DNA of 43,787 nt from an uncultured Actinomycetes bacterium (lineage in GTDB: Bacteria; Actinomycetota; Actinomycetes; Nanopelagicales; Nanopelagicaceae), in the NCBI GenBank assembly GCA_903904665.1, contig CAIVDO010000126.1:1-43787 (forward strand). Direction: 5' to 3'. The translations under genes and the position numbers were made by a program. Of this stretch, positions 18,683-30,419 are shown piece after piece. Below the pieces are notes generated by a model. The model worked only from the letters and a program-made list of their open reading frames with translations, searched no databases and had not been told where the DNA came from. The stretch's first letter is position 1. Each line of letters begins with the position of its first letter.

Positions 18683-19798
18683 GTGAAAGCGACGCGACCA
18701 ATACGGATTATTACCTCACTATCCCTAGCTGTCGTCGCCATCTCTGCATTTTCTTGGCTGGGCTTAGGCCAAGTAAGCGGTGCCATTAACCGCATCGATG
18801 TTTTTGGTTCTATATCCAAGCGACCTGATAAACCAACTACTGCACTTAACTATTTATTGGTGGGTTCAGATACGCGCAATGGATTAACGAAAGAACAATC
18901 AAAGCTACTGCGTGTAGGAACAACTAAAACTGCAGCAGGTGCGCGCTCGGACACGATGCTGTTGGTGCATATCTCCAAGTCACGCGATAAAGCCACAATC
19001 ATTTCTATTCCTCGTGATTCATTGGTGACAATCCCTGAACATGTTTCATCTCTCAATAAAGATAAAATCGTTCCAGCTGCTAAGGGCAAAATTAATGCAG
19101 CTTTTGCTTGGGGCGGTGCACCATTATTGATTCGTACAATAGAACAAGAAACCAATGTAAAAATCGATCACTACGTTGAAATCGGCTTTGCTGGTTTTGC
19201 TGGAATGGTTGATGCTCTCGGCGGTATTCAAGTTTGCACAAAACGCAATATCGATGATCCAAAAAGCCACTTGGTCTTAGCTGCAGGAATCCATACGCTC
19301 GATGGCATCGAAGCACTTAAATATGTACGTACTAGAGATTTTGATGGAATGGGCGACTTAGGTCGTATGCAACGTCAGCAACAGTTCATGAGTGCTGTCT
19401 TGAGAAAAGTTACAAGTACTGGCGTATTACTTAATCCAATCAAGCTTGTTAATTTCTTTAATGCAGCAATTGCAACGGTGCAAACTGACTCTGAACTAAA
19501 CCGCAATGACTTAATCGTTCTTGCCAAGCAGCTAAAAAATCTTTCTCCTAGCAAAGTTCGAACTCTGACAATTCCATTGGGCAATGCAAATGCACGCGTG
19601 CCCGGTCTTGGTTCAGTTGTGACCTGGGATTCAGTTTTAGCACCGGATCTATTTAACCGTTTGCGCGAAGATTTACCTCTAGTTGATGAAGTAACCCCAT
19701 CTCCTTCAGCATCCTCTAGCGCCTCTGCGACCCCAACTGTGATTGATAAATTTAAGACTCGTACCGCTGATGAAAACCCTTGCGGAGCGCTGAAGTAA
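18683..19798 (+). CDS. LCP (LytR-CpsA-Psr) glycopolymer transferase
   Basis: N-terminal TM, LLVGSD, RSDTM, SIPRD, KINAA, YVRTR, DLGRMQRQQ. Confidence 0.92.
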   Translation: MKATRPIRIITSLSLAVVAISAFSWLGLGQVSGAINRIDVFGSISKRPDKPTTALNYLLVGSDTRNGLTKEQSKLLRVGTTKTAAGARSDTMLLVHISKSRDKATIISIPRDSLVTIPEHVSSLNKDKIVPAAKGKINAAFAWGGAPLLIRTIEQETNVKIDHYVEIGFAGFAGMVDALGGIQVCTKRNIDDPKSHLVLAAGIHTLDGIEALKYVRTRDFDGMGDLGRMQRQQQFMSAVLRKVTSTGVLLNPIKLVNFFNAAIATVQTDSELNRNDLIVLAKQLKNLSPSKVRTLTIPLGNANARVPGLGSVVTWDSVLAPDLFNRLREDLPLVDEVTPSPSASSSASATPTVIDKFKTRTADENPCGALK

Positions 19799-19801
19799 AC
19801 T
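19796..19801 (+). promoter_or_regulatory. -10 element overlapping the LCP stop, leaderless ugd
   Basis: TAAACT, 7 nt before ATG 19809. Confidence 0.5.
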
Positions 19802-19808
19802 CCCGACT

Positions 19809-21119
19809 ATGACATTGACTCTTTCAGTAGTTGGATGCGGCTATCTAGGCGCCACACATGCAGCATGCATGTCCTCACTTGGCTTTACGGTAATTGGCGT
19901 TGATACCGATCCCAATAAAGTGGCAATGCTTCAAAGAGGCGAGCTACCATTTTATGAACCTGGGCTAGATACATTACTGGCACAAGAGATGAAAACTGGC
20001 CGGCTGTCATTCACAACAGATTTTTCAGCAGTAAAAGATGCTGATGTTCATTTTGTTTGCGTTGGAACACCTCAGAGCAAAGATGGTTTAGCTGCCGATT
20101 TAACATACGTGCGCTCTGCTGTTGCCGAGATTGCACCTTATTTAAAAGATGGTTCGCTGGTAGTTGGAAAATCTACAGTTCCTGTTGGTACCGCCCAATC
20201 ACTACGTGATCAATTAGCCAAGACTGCGCCGCATGCAGATCTTGCTTGGAACCCAGAGTTTTTGCGTGAAGGTTTTGCCGTTGAAGATACTTTGACACCT
20301 AACCGTTTAGTTGTGGGTGTTGCCAACGATCGTGCAGAAGAAATTCTTAAAGAGGTCTACGAACCGATAATCGCTTTGGGTACACCTTGGATTCGCGCAG
20401 ATCTGCCAACAGCTGAACTTGTTAAAGTTGCAGCCAACTCATTTCTTGCAACCAAGATTTCATTTATTAATGCAATGGCTGAAGTCTGCGAAGCTGCTGG
20501 TGGCGATGTAACCGTGCTTGCACAAGCAATCGGTTACGACCCTCGTATTGGTAATAAGTTCTTACAAGCTGGAATCGGTTTTGGTGGTGGTTGCCTACCC
20601 AAAGATATCCGTGCATTTATGGCCCGCGCTGAAGAGCTTGGTGCTAAGCAAGCCCTTGAATTCCTACGTGAAATCGATGCAATTAACTTGCGTGCACGCC
20701 AGCGCGTGATCGATGTTGTCCGTAATGAACTATCGCAAGATTTAACTCAGTACAAAATCGCTGTGCTTGGTGCGACTTTCAAACCAGATAGCGATGATGT
20801 TCGCGACTCCCCTGCCCTAGATATTGCCGCTCAGTTACAAACTGCAGGCGCTGCTGTTGTTGTTCATGATCCCAAGGGAATTGAACCTGCGCGTAAGCGC
20901 TTTCCAAAGCTTGAATATGCAGAAGTTGTGACCGATGCAGTTAAAGGTGCTGACTTAATTCTCCACTTAACAGAGTGGAAAGAGTATCGAGCCATTGATC
21001 CATCAACGCTTTCAGCTTTAGTAAAAAACAAGATCATTATTGATGGTCGAAATATGCTTAACCGAGATTTATGGCGCAATGCTGGCTGGAAGTTCCATGC
21101 ACTAGGACGTACTGATTAA
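19809..21119 (+). CDS. ugd: UDP-glucose 6-dehydrogenase
   Basis: GCGYLG, KSTVPVGT, NPEFLREG, GFGGGCLPKD, FKPDSDDVR. Confidence 0.92.
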   Translation: MTLTLSVVGCGYLGATHAACMSSLGFTVIGVDTDPNKVAMLQRGELPFYEPGLDTLLAQEMKTGRLSFTTDFSAVKDADVHFVCVGTPQSKDGLAADLTYVRSAVAEIAPYLKDGSLVVGKSTVPVGTAQSLRDQLAKTAPHADLAWNPEFLREGFAVEDTLTPNRLVVGVANDRAEEILKEVYEPIIALGTPWIRADLPTAELVKVAANSFLATKISFINAMAEVCEAAGGDVTVLAQAIGYDPRIGNKFLQAGIGFGGGCLPKDIRAFMARAEELGAKQALEFLREIDAINLRARQRVIDVVRNELSQDLTQYKIAVLGATFKPDSDDVRDSPALDIAAQLQTAGAAVVVHDPKGIEPARKRFPKLEYAEVVTDAVKGADLILHLTEWKEYRAIDPSTLSALVKNKIIIDGRNMLNRDLWRNAGWKFHALGRTD

Positions 21120-21150
21120 CGAGCAAGAAACAATCGATGCAGTCCTAGCA

Positions 21151-21513
21151 ATGAAGACTTGGGCTGTTGTTGGTCTTGGAAATAATCCAGAACGAGCAGC
21201 CTTTGGCGTTGCCAAGCTTTTGCAAGATAAAGGGCATCGAATCATTCCGGTATATCCACGTGCTGAAATTGTGCATGGTGAAGTTGGATACAAATCACTT
21301 GCAGAGATTTCAGAATCGGTAGATGTTGTTGATTGCTTCGTAAACTCAAAGCTCGTTGGAAAAGTTGTCGATGAAGCGATAGCGATAGGCGCAAGAGCCG
21401 TCTGGTTACAGTTAGATGTAATTGACCAAGAAGCTATCGAGCGCGCTCAAAATGCAGGACTATTAACGGTGATGGATCGTTGCCCTGCAATTGAATATCG
21501 AAAGAAGAATTAG
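21151..21513 (+). CDS. CoA-binding protein (YccU-like); true start may lie upstream
   Basis: WAVVG, IIPV.P, VDVVD.F, VWLQL, VMDRCP. Confidence 0.85.
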   Translation: MKTWAVVGLGNNPERAAFGVAKLLQDKGHRIIPVYPRAEIVHGEVGYKSLAEISESVDVVDCFVNSKLVGKVVDEAIAIGARAVWLQLDVIDQEAIERAQNAGLLTVMDRCPAIEYRKKN

Positions 21514-22016
21514 AAGCCGGTCTTATGTGTTCGGCGAGCGTTTAAATTTGCGCCTTTTGCTTTAGCTTCACTATTGATTTCCTTTAACGCATCTGCGACT
21601 TTGGAACTGATTACAGAATCTGATACTCCCAAAATACGCGCAGCTAGCAGCGCAGCATTTTTAGCATTACCCACACCAACAGTTGCAACTGGAACACCTG
21701 CTGGCATTTGAACGATAGAAAGCAGAGAGTCCATTCCATCAAGGTTTTTTAGCGCAACAGGGACTCCGATAACGGGCAAAGTTGTAAGTGCTGCGACCAT
21801 TCCAGGCAGATGTGCTGCGCCACCAGCGCCAGCGATAATTACTTTAAAACCTTTACTTGATGCGCTTTGTGCAAACTCAACCATCTCAAGTGGCATGCGG
21901 TGTGCCGAAACAACATCTGCCTCATATGAGATTCCAAGTTGATCTAAAGTTTTTGCAGCCTCTTCCATTACTGGCCAATCAGAATCTGATCCCATGATGA
22001 TCGCTACATCACTCAT
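21510..22016 (-). CDS. purE: N5-CAIR mutase
   Basis: [31 protein letters not shown]; ATG 22016 after GGAG. Confidence 0.95.
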   Translation of the reverse strand: MSDVAIIMGSDSDWPVMEEAAKTLDQLGISYEADVVSAHRMPLEMVEFAQSASSKGFKVIIAGAGGAAHLPGMVAALTTLPVIGVPVALKNLDGMDSLLSIVQMPAGVPVATVGVGNAKNAALLAARILGVSDSVISSKVADALKEINSEAKAKGANLNARRTHKTGF

Positions 22017-23121
22017 CAATTTCTCCGCTCATGTAATCAAGGGCATGTTGAACTTCTTGGGTTAATTCTACGAGGTTATTGCCAAGCAAATTAACATGGC
22101 CGATCTTGCGGCCTGGGCGTACATCCTTCTTGTAATGGTGAAATTTTAGGGCTGGTGTACGGGCCATTAGATGTAGATATGGACGATACATATCACTCTT
22201 ATCCCCGCCCAAAATATTTCCCATAACTGCAATCGGTGCAGTCATAGCCGGATTACCGAGGGGCAAATCAAGCACTGCACGTAAATGTTGTTCAAACTGA
22301 GAGGTAACAGATCCCTCAATTGTCCAGTGCCCAGAGTTATGTGGGCGCATTGCAAGCTCGTTAATAAACAGCAAATCTCCTTTAACGAAGATTTCAACGG
22401 CCATTACCCCGACTACTCCAATTTCATTGGCGATATCGAGTGCCAGTTTCTGTGCTTTCTCACTCATCACATTAGAAAGTTGCGGTGCAGGCGTAATAGT
22501 CATTGTGCAGATTCCATCACGCTGAACAGTTTGCGTTGGTGCCCACGTAGTTGCCTGACCATGTGGTGATCGAGCAACCATTACTGCTATCTCATAATCA
22601 AAATCAATAAGTTCTTCGACCAATACTTTGCCGGTTTCATTAAGAATTGCGGTCAATTCATCAACGCCATTTACTTTCCAAACTCCTCGGCCGTCGTAAC
22701 CACCAGAAATAGCCTTCGCAATTACTGGATACTCTGTGACTTCTTTAGCATTTGTAACTACGGCACTTTTTGGAGAGGGAAACTTGCTCAAGCGCTCACG
22801 CATTGCAGCTTTATCTTGAGAGTAAATAAAGCTGGCAGGACTAGGGCGAACGACTACCCCATCGGCTTCTAATCTTTTAATAATGCTTAATGGAACGAGT
22901 TCATGTTCAAAAGTTATGACATCACATTTACGAGCAAAAGCACGAACAGTTTCAAGATCTTTGTAGTCACCTACAACATGGTTAGTTATTTGTGCAGCAC
23001 TCTCATCAGAACTATTTGCTAGTAAGAGAAGATTCACTCCAAGTGCGGCAGCTGGCGCAACACTCATCCGAGCAAGTTGACCAGCACCGATTACACCAAC
23101 AGTTGGAAATTGATCGCTCAC
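22009..23121 (-). CDS. purK: N5-CAIR synthetase
   Basis: [36 protein letters not shown]. Confidence 0.95.
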   Translation of the reverse strand: MSDQFPTVGVIGAGQLARMSVAPAAALGVNLLLLANSSDESAAQITNHVVGDYKDLETVRAFARKCDVITFEHELVPLSIIKRLEADGVVVRPSPASFIYSQDKAAMRERLSKFPSPKSAVVTNAKEVTEYPVIAKAISGGYDGRGVWKVNGVDELTAILNETGKVLVEELIDFDYEIAVMVARSPHGQATTWAPTQTVQRDGICTMTITPAPQLSNVMSEKAQKLALDIANEIGVVGVMAVEIFVKGDLLFINELAMRPHNSGHWTIEGSVTSQFEQHLRAVLDLPLGNPAMTAPIAVMGNILGGDKSDMYRPYLHLMARTPALKFHHYKKDVRPGRKIGHVNLLGNNLVELTQEVQHALDYMSGEIDE

Positions 23122-23125
23122 TGGC

Positions 23126-23884
23126 TTATCGTAGATGAACTACGTCGCCCGCCTGAACATGGGTTCCGGAGTCCAAAATCAACTCTCCCCGGGCAGATAT
23201 CCCGACTGCAACTCCTTTTTCTATTAATTCATTTGGATAATGAATTTGAACTTTGCTTCCAAGGGTTGAGCTTAAGGATTTATAGAGCTCAAAAATTGAG
23301 TCATCGCCCATGTCCCAAGCGGTGAAGTTTCTTTCAAATTGGGCCAATACATCAACTAATAAATGGTTTCGATCAATATTTGTTGCACCCTCAATATCAA
23401 GTGATGTTGCTGTGGGTACGGGTAATTCCTCTTTTGTCATTCCCACATTTATTCCAATACCAACTACAACGCCATCGCCTGTAATCTCTGCGATTAATCC
23501 AGAAACTTTCTTATCGTTAATCAAAATATCATTGGGCCATTTAACGCTTGCGCCATATTTACTGAGGGATTGTGCAACGGATGCACCTGCGATTAGAGCG
23601 ATCCAACCCCAATCTTCTTTTTCTCTTTGTGGCTGCAAATAAAATGAAAACAAAAGCGCACTATTTTTTGGTGCTTCAAAAGTACGCGACATTCTTCCGC
23701 GTCCTGCTCTTTGAAAATTAGCAGTGATGACATCACCGGGTTTTACTTTTCCAGCATTTGCTCGTGTCACTAAAGCGCTCTGAGTCGAAGCGGTGACATC
23801 AACCACGCTTACTCGCCAGTACTGCGTGACCAAAGAGTTGATCAGCGCCTTATCGAGTGCCGCTCTTAGCATTTGCTTGCCCAT
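23126..23884 (-). CDS. birA: Biotin--[acetyl-CoA-carboxylase] ligase, no HTH domain
   Basis: [32 protein letters not shown]; start moved to ATG 23884 (alternative 23872). Confidence 0.9.
   Translation of the reverse strand: MGKQMLRAALDKALINSLVTQYWRVSVVDVTASTQSALVTRANAGKVKPGDVITANFQRAGRGRMSRTFEAPKNSALLFSFYLQPQREKEDWGWIALIAGASVAQSLSKYGASVKWPNDILINDKKVSGLIAEITGDGVVVGIGINVGMTKEELPVPTATSLDIEGATNIDRNHLLVDVLAQFERNFTAWDMGDDSIFELYKSLSSTLGSKVQIHYPNELIEKGVAVGISARGELILDSGTHVQAGDVVHLR
23128..23133 (-). promoter_or_regulatory. -10 element, leaderless purK
   Basis: TACGAT, 6 nt before GTG 23121. Confidence 0.55.
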
Positions 23885-23890
23885 GACATG

Positions 23891-23897
23891 TACCGTA
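23891..23897. promoter_or_regulatory. Bidirectional -10 core between birA and the carboxylase operon
   Basis: TACCGTA reads TACCGT on + (6 nt to ATG 23903) and TACGGT on - (7 nt to ATG 23884). Confidence 0.65.
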
Positions 23898-23902
23898 GGG
23901 GC

Positions 23903-25474
23903 ATGAGCCGTGATCTGCATACAACTGCCGGAAAAATAGAAGATCTTCGAGCGCGAATTGAGGAGGCCGTACATGCCGGCTCAGCTCGCGCCGTTGAAAA
24001 GCAACATGCCAAGGGCAAGAACACTGCCCGCGAGCGTATTGAGATGTTGGTGGATTCAGATTCATTTACTGAAATCGATGAGTTTGCACGGCATCGTTCT
24101 AATCAATTCGGGATGGAAAACAATCGCCCATACGGTGATGGTGTTGTAATCGGCACAGCAACAGTTGATGGCCGACCAATTGCTTTGTACTCACAAGATT
24201 TCACCATCATGGGTGGATCACTTGGTGAAGTTCACGCAGAAAAGATTGTAAAGATTGCAGAGTTTGCCTTAAAGAGTGGAATTCCACTTATTGGAATTAA
24301 TGATTCTGGTGGCGCTCGAATCCAGGAAGGTGTCGCATCCCTTGCCGGCTATGGAAAAATCTTCCGTCTTAATACTCGTTCCTCAGGCGTCATACCGCAA
24401 ATCTCTTTGATCCTTGGCCCATGCGCCGGTGGCTCTGCTTATTCTCCAGCGCTAACTGACTTCACCGTGATGGTAAATGAAACATCACATATGTTTATTA
24501 CCGGGCCTGATGTTATTAAAACTGTTACCGGCGAAGAAGTTGGAATGGAAGAACTTGGTGGTGCACGAACACACAACGTTCGTACTGGTAACTCACATTA
24601 CTTGGCAGAGAATGAAGCCGATGCCATTGATTATGTGAAGGCGCTACTTTCATATTTGCCTTCAAATAATATGGATGGTGTTCCACATCTGCCCCCAACT
24701 GAGACATTAGAGAAGAAAGCATCAGACTTTGCACTTGATACTTTGATTCCAGATAGTCCAAATCAGCCATATGACATGAAGGTTTTAATTCAAGCTTTGG
24801 TCGATGAAGGCGAGTTCCTAGAAGTCCACGCGCTATATGCTCCTAATATCTGTGTTGGTTTTGCGCGCATAGAGGGTGAATCAATTGGAATTATCGCAAA
24901 TCAACCCAATCAATTAGCTGGAACTCTTGATATTAACTCCAGCGAAAAAGCTGCACGATTCTTGCGTTTTTGCGATGCTTTCAATATCCCGATTCTCACC
25001 CTCGTTGACGTACCAGGATTCTTGCCAGGTACTGAGCAAGAGTGGGATGGAATCATTCGCCGTGGAGCTAAGTTGCTCTATGCCTACGCTGAAGCTTCAG
25101 TGCCACTAGTAACGTTAATTACACGCAAAGCCTACGGCGGCGCATTTATTGTTATGGGCTCTAAATATCTTGGTAGCGATATCAACTTCGCATGGCCAAG
25201 TGCTGAAATCGCAGTTATGGGAGCACAAGGCGCCGTTAATATCTTGTATCGCAAGGAAATAGCAGATGCTAAGGATCCCGTAGCTGCCCGCGCGGAATTG
25301 GTTAATGACTACAACGAATCTTTAGCCAATCCCTATCTTGCAGCAGAGCGTGGAACGATTGACACAGTTATCGAACCAAATCAATCACGGGCATACATAA
25401 CTAAAGCATTTAGGACGCTACGCACTAAGCGCGATTCACTTCCTGCCCGCAAACATGGAAACATTCCACTGTAA
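23903..25474 (+). CDS. pccB: Acyl/propionyl-CoA carboxylase carboxyltransferase (beta) subunit
   Basis: [37 protein letters not shown]; start moved to ATG 23903. Confidence 0.9.
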   Translation: MSRDLHTTAGKIEDLRARIEEAVHAGSARAVEKQHAKGKNTARERIEMLVDSDSFTEIDEFARHRSNQFGMENNRPYGDGVVIGTATVDGRPIALYSQDFTIMGGSLGEVHAEKIVKIAEFALKSGIPLIGINDSGGARIQEGVASLAGYGKIFRLNTRSSGVIPQISLILGPCAGGSAYSPALTDFTVMVNETSHMFITGPDVIKTVTGEEVGMEELGGARTHNVRTGNSHYLAENEADAIDYVKALLSYLPSNNMDGVPHLPPTETLEKKASDFALDTLIPDSPNQPYDMKVLIQALVDEGEFLEVHALYAPNICVGFARIEGESIGIIANQPNQLAGTLDINSSEKAARFLRFCDAFNIPILTLVDVPGFLPGTEQEWDGIIRRGAKLLYAYAEASVPLVTLITRKAYGGAFIVMGSKYLGSDINFAWPSAEIAVMGAQGAVNILYRKEIADAKDPVAARAELVNDYNESLANPYLAAERGTIDTVIEPNQSRAYITKAFRTLRTKRDSLPARKHGNIPL

Positions 25475-25656
25475 TGAAGTTTTCAATTTCAAAAGGTGAG
25501 CCAACTCCAGAAGAGTTGGTGGCCATTGAAGCTGCTATGGCCCAGCACAAGCGCGAAGAGTTAAAACCTGTAATCCGACGAAGTGTGTATGGACTCCCTC
25601 AACTTCGCCAAGCTCTACCGCACCAGATAACTTTCGGCGCACGAAAGAACGCATAA
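25474..25656 (+). CDS. Acyl-CoA carboxylase epsilon subunit
   Basis: KGEPTPEELVA motif; TAATG coupling to the beta subunit. Confidence 0.8.
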   Translation: MKFSISKGEPTPEELVAIEAAMAQHKREELKPVIRRSVYGLPQLRQALPHQITFGARKNA

Positions 25657-25659
25657 ACC

Positions 25660-26262
25660 ATGCCAAGAATTGTTTTAGCTTCTGCATCTACGTCCAGGCG
25701 ACGTTTGCTGGAATCTGCTGGATTAAAACCAACGATCATGGTGAGTCACGTAGATGAAGAAACAGATTTCTTTAATGCAATGACACCAGCGGATATGGTG
25801 ATTGCACTGGCTATTACAAAGGCCCACACCATCCGTGAACAAATCGATTTTCCAGCGATCATTATTGGTTGCGATTCAACCTTTGAATTTAACGGCCAAT
25901 CTCTGGGTAAGCCCGGCACACCGGAGATTGCAATAGAGCGGGCCTCAAGAGTTCGAGGTAACTCAGGTCTTCTTCACACTGGACATTGCCTTATTGACAC
26001 AACGAAAGACAAAGAGATATCAAGCATTGTTACCACCAAGGTAACTTTCGATGACATGACTGATTCTGAAATAGCGGATTACGTTGCAAGTGGTGAACCG
26101 CTACATGTGGCCGGCGGATTCACTCTCGATGGCTTTAGTTCGCCCTTCATCCCCTCAATAGAGGGTGACTACACAAATGTCGTAGGGATTTCGATGCCAT
26201 TTTTGAGAAAGGCTTTTGAACAACTTGGATATTCCTGGCCAGAGGTTAAGGTGATGCAATGA
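25660..26262 (+). CDS. maf: Maf family nucleotide pyrophosphatase
   Basis: VLASAS..RR.LL, VDE, KA, GCDS, LGKP, NVVG. Confidence 0.9.
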   Translation: MPRIVLASASTSRRRLLESAGLKPTIMVSHVDEETDFFNAMTPADMVIALAITKAHTIREQIDFPAIIIGCDSTFEFNGQSLGKPGTPEIAIERASRVRGNSGLLHTGHCLIDTTKDKEISSIVTTKVTFDDMTDSEIADYVASGEPLHVAGGFTLDGFSSPFIPSIEGDYTNVVGISMPFLRKAFEQLGYSWPEVKVMQ

Positions 26263-27977
26263 AACGCGTATTAATTGCCAATCGTGGCGAGATCGCCGTT
26301 CGTGTTATTCGCGCCTGCAAAGATCATGGTTTACAAAGTATTGCTGTGTATTCAGAGGAAGATCGCACTGCTATTCATGCGCAGATGGCAGATGCGGCTT
26401 ATTCATTACATGGCACTACTGCGACAGAGACTTATTTAAATATAGAAAAACTTATCGCAGTTGCAAAAGAAGCTGGGGCTGATGCAGTTCACCCTGGTTA
26501 TGGCTTTCTCTCTGAAAATGCCAACTTTGCACAGGCTGTTATCGATGCAGGATTAATCTGGATTGGGCCACCACCTGAGGCTATTAGAGCCCTTGGTGAC
26601 AAAGTCTCTGCCAGAAAGATCGCTGCAAAAGCAGGCGCACCACTTGTTGCTGGAACTAAAGATCCAGTTGAAGGTCATGAAGAAGTATCGGCCTTTGCAA
26701 AAGAACACGGACTTCCTGTTGCAATTAAAGCTGCCCACGGCGGTGGCGGACGTGGTTTAAAAGTTGCACGCACAATGGAGGAAATCCCTGAACTATTTGC
26801 ATCAGCTGTTCGTGAAGCTATTAGTGGTTTTGGTCGCGGTGAATGTTTTGTTGAGCGATATTTAGATAAGCCACGTCACGTTGAAACCCAGGTATTAGTA
26901 GATAAGCACGGCCATGCAGTAGTTGTTAGCACTCGTGATTGTTCTCTGCAGCGTCGCCACCAAAAGTTGGTAGAAGAAGCTCCAGCACCTTTCTTAACTC
27001 CTGAGCAAGAGCAGGAGTTGTATCGTTCAAGTAAAGCAATAATGAAGGAAGCCGGCTATATCGGAGCTGGAACATGTGAGTTTTTGATTGGCCTTGATGG
27101 CACTATCTCATTCTTGGAAGTAAATACTCGCTTACAGGTAGAACACCCTGTCAGTGAAGAGATCACTGGTATTGATTTAGTTCGCGAACAGTTCCGAATT
27201 GCAATGGGTGAATCACTTGGTTTTGATGATCCGATAATCCGTGGCCACTCAATTGAGTTCCGCATTAACGGTGAAGATCCCGGGCGCTCTTTCCTTCCTG
27301 CTCCGGGAAGAATTACTGAATGGGTTATTCCTACAGGACCTGGTGTACGTGTTGATGCTGGATTTAAAAATGGTGACACTATTGGTGGAAACTTTGACTC
27401 ACTACTTGCTAAGTTAATTGTTACTGGTGCAACACGTGAACAAGCCATCGAGCGTGCTCGACGGGCATTAGCTGAGTTTTCTATTGAAGGTTTAGCCACA
27501 GCACTACCGTTCCACCGTGCGATCCTTGAAGATCGTGCCTTTACCGAAAACTTTAAGGTGTACACCAGCTATATCGAAAATGAATTTAATAATGAAATCC
27601 CGATGTATCAAGCAACTGCCCTGCCACTTGAGACCCATATGGCCCCCGAATATCTGGTTACAGAGGTCAATGGCAAGCGTTTTGAAATCTTGGTTCATGC
27701 ACCCAAGCCAGTTGTGAAGCGCCACCGTGCAAAACAGTCAATGGCTGGTGGTTTAGCTGGGGCTGCATTAGCTAGTCCAATGCAAGGCACGGTCGTGAAG
27801 ATCGCCGTAAATGAAGGCGATCGAGTTGAAATCGGTGATTTAGTAATTGTTCTTGAGGCGATGAAAATGGAACAGCCGTTAATGGCACACAAAGCTGGTG
27901 TTATCACTAATTTAAGCGCAGTGATTGGTGCCACGGTTTCTAGTGGAACAGCTCTTTGTGACATCATTGATTCATGA
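26259..27977 (+). CDS. Biotin carboxylase/BCCP alpha subunit (AccA/BccA)
   Basis: [45 protein letters not shown]. Confidence 0.93.
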   Translation: MKRVLIANRGEIAVRVIRACKDHGLQSIAVYSEEDRTAIHAQMADAAYSLHGTTATETYLNIEKLIAVAKEAGADAVHPGYGFLSENANFAQAVIDAGLIWIGPPPEAIRALGDKVSARKIAAKAGAPLVAGTKDPVEGHEEVSAFAKEHGLPVAIKAAHGGGGRGLKVARTMEEIPELFASAVREAISGFGRGECFVERYLDKPRHVETQVLVDKHGHAVVVSTRDCSLQRRHQKLVEEAPAPFLTPEQEQELYRSSKAIMKEAGYIGAGTCEFLIGLDGTISFLEVNTRLQVEHPVSEEITGIDLVREQFRIAMGESLGFDDPIIRGHSIEFRINGEDPGRSFLPAPGRITEWVIPTGPGVRVDAGFKNGDTIGGNFDSLLAKLIVTGATREQAIERARRALAEFSIEGLATALPFHRAILEDRAFTENFKVYTSYIENEFNNEIPMYQATALPLETHMAPEYLVTEVNGKRFEILVHAPKPVVKRHRAKQSMAGGLAGAALASPMQGTVVKIAVNEGDRVEIGDLVIVLEAMKMEQPLMAHKAGVITNLSAVIGATVSSGTALCDIIDS

Positions 27978-28804
27978 CAAATAGCCAACTTCTCTACACG
28001 GATCCACTCGCGGCAGCCTCTGCTGCGGCTAAAGAAATAGCCGAACGTACTGGTGTTACATCACATGATGTTGCACTTGTTATGGGTTCTGGTTGGGTCA
28101 GTGCAGTAGATGCACTTGGTGCTCCTGTGTATGAATGCAATGCCGAAGATATCACTGGTTTCCTTCCACCAACGGTCGAAGGACATTCAGGAAAAGTTCG
28201 CTCCTATGAAATAGAAGCAGATGGCAAGAAACTTCGTGCACTTGTTTTTCTCGGTCGAACACATCTCTATGAGGGCAAAGGCGTTGAGCCCGTTGTCCAT
28301 AGTGTTCGCGCGGCAGTTAAAGCTGGATGCAAAATCATAATTCTGACAAATGCATGTGGTGGAATTAATAAGAGCTACACCGTTGGTCAACCAGTTTTGA
28401 TTCGTGACCATATTTCACTCACTGCAGTCTCACCTTTATCTGGTGCAACTTTTGTTGATTTGACCGATCTCTATAGTAAGCGAATCCGCGAAATTGTTAA
28501 GAAAGAAGATTCATCATTGCAGGAAGGCGTCTATGTCCATTGGCGCGGACCAACGTATGAAACCCCTGCCGAGATTTTGATGATGCGCACCATGGGCGCT
28601 GATTTAGTAGGTATGTCCACGGTGCCAGAAGCTATTGCCGCACATGCACTTGGTGCAGAGGTCCTTGGTATCTCTTTAGTCACAAATGCTGCTGCTGGTG
28701 TTACTGGTGAAAAACTCAACCACGAAGAAGTTATCGCTGCTGGAAAGGCCGCTGCAGATCGAATGGGCGCTCTTCTCAAAGGGGTAATTCCGAAGTTATT
28801 CTAG
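27974..28804 (+). CDS. punA: Purine-nucleoside phosphorylase (trimeric type)
   Basis: [37 protein letters not shown]. Confidence 0.92.
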   Translation: MTNSQLLYTDPLAAASAAAKEIAERTGVTSHDVALVMGSGWVSAVDALGAPVYECNAEDITGFLPPTVEGHSGKVRSYEIEADGKKLRALVFLGRTHLYEGKGVEPVVHSVRAAVKAGCKIIILTNACGGINKSYTVGQPVLIRDHISLTAVSPLSGATFVDLTDLYSKRIREIVKKEDSSLQEGVYVHWRGPTYETPAEILMMRTMGADLVGMSTVPEAIAAHALGAEVLGISLVTNAAAGVTGEKLNHEEVIAAGKAAADRMGALLKGVIPKLF

Positions 28805-28808
28805 GAAC

Positions 28809-30419
28809 ATGGATCTGACCCAAGAAGTTCAAGCATGGATTGCCGATGATCCAGATCCAAAAACCGCTGCCCAGTTGCAGCATTGGCTTGATTCCAACAA
28901 CGAAGTAGAGCTCAAAGCCTCATTTTCAGGCTTCTTACAGTTTGGAACTGCAGGTCTTCGCGGAGCAATTCGCCCAGGACCATCTGGAATGAATCGAGCT
29001 GTTGTTGGCCGCGCTGCTGCAGGAATCGCTGCATATATGAAAGAGCGCAACTTAACTAGCGTAGTTATTGGACGAGATGCCCGCTATGGCTCTGAGGATT
29101 TCACTTTTGAAACCGCTGAAATCATGAGCGGTGCAGGGATGAAGGTTTACGTCTTACCCCGCCCGCTTCCAACACCAGTATTGGCATTTGCAACTAATGA
29201 TTTGAAATGTGATGTCGGAATCATGGTCACTGCTAGCCACAATCCGCCACAAGATAATGGTTACAAAGTTTATTTAGGGGGCACCGTCGATGGTATTCAC
29301 TATCGTGGTTCACAAATAGTTTCCCCAACTGATGAATCTATTGCAGCAAAAATAGATTCGATCACCTCACTTAAATCCCAACCACGCGCAAAAGAGTGGA
29401 CTGTTTTAGGTGAAGAAGTTATTCATAAATATGTAAGCATCACCGCTGGATTGGCGTCGCGTCCAGGCAATCTCAAAATTGTTTACACCGCAATGCATGG
29501 AGTTGGTACCGAAACTCTGCAACACGTATTTCACAAAGCAGGCTTCCCACAACCAATTCTCGTTGATGCACAAGCAAAGCCAGATCCGGATTTTCCAACT
29601 GTGGCATTTCCAAACCCTGAAGAACCTGGTGCAATTGATTTAGCGCTAGAGACTGCGCGAAACTTTGATGCAGATTTAGTTATTGCAAATGATCCCGATG
29701 CCGATCGTTGCGCCGCAGCCATTAAGGATCCCATTAAGGGCTGGCGAATGTTACGTGGAGATGAGTTAGGAGTTGTCTTAGGAGAATCAATCGCTCGCAC
29801 AACTTCTAAGGGAATTCTTGCTAACTCCATTGTTTCTTCATCTATCTTGAGCAAAATAGCGGCCCACTACAACCTAGATTTCCAAGAGACTTTGACCGGC
29901 TTTAAATGGCTAGCCAAAATTGATGGTCTGACTTTTGGTTATGAAGAAGCCCTCGGTTATGCAGTCGATGCAATCACGGTAAATGATAAAGATGGAATCT
30001 CAGCAGCAATTAAGTTGGCACAAATTGCCACTGATTTAGCTGCCGAGAACAAGACAATCTTGGATTTACTCGATGAGGTCTGGATACGACATGGTTTTCA
30101 TGCAACTGAACAGATTTCAATTCGCTTAAGTGATCTTTCACAGGTTGGCGTAATCATGGGCGGGCTTCGAGCCAATGCTCCACAAGAAATTGCAGGGCGC
30201 GCAGTCACATCAATCGATGATTTGGCTGCACCCACTGATGGCTTACCACCAACGGATGGATTGCGAATCTGGCTCGATGGCCAAATTCGAATCATCATCC
30301 GTCCAAGTGGTACTGAGGCAAAGATGAAGTGTTACATTGAGGCAATTGCAAAGGATTCCCAGAGCGCACAAATTATTTTAGATCAGCTACGAGCCCCACT
30401 AAAGGAATTATTATCGTGA
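28809..30419 (+). CDS. Alpha-D-phosphohexomutase superfamily enzyme, probable phosphopentomutase
   Basis: FGTAGLRG, TASHNP, DPDADR, GYEEA, RPSGTE; lies between punA and deoC. Confidence 0.85.
   Translation: MDLTQEVQAWIADDPDPKTAAQLQHWLDSNNEVELKASFSGFLQFGTAGLRGAIRPGPSGMNRAVVGRAAAGIAAYMKERNLTSVVIGRDARYGSEDFTFETAEIMSGAGMKVYVLPRPLPTPVLAFATNDLKCDVGIMVTASHNPPQDNGYKVYLGGTVDGIHYRGSQIVSPTDESIAAKIDSITSLKSQPRAKEWTVLGEEVIHKYVSITAGLASRPGNLKIVYTAMHGVGTETLQHVFHKAGFPQPILVDAQAKPDPDFPTVAFPNPEEPGAIDLALETARNFDADLVIANDPDADRCAAAIKDPIKGWRMLRGDELGVVLGESIARTTSKGILANSIVSSSILSKIAAHYNLDFQETLTGFKWLAKIDGLTFGYEEALGYAVDAITVNDKDGISAAIKLAQIATDLAAENKTILDLLDEVWIRHGFHATEQISIRLSDLSQVGVIMGGLRANAPQEIAGRAVTSIDDLAAPTDGLPPTDGLRIWLDGQIRIIIRPSGTEAKMKCYIEAIAKDSQSAQIILDQLRAPLKELLS

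Noticed and set aside
23873-23974. Apparent head-to-head overlap of birA and pccB (also 34616-34699 and 13912-13935)
   Set aside because: Artefact of longest-ORF start choice; downstream ATGs fit the family N-termini and -10 spacing
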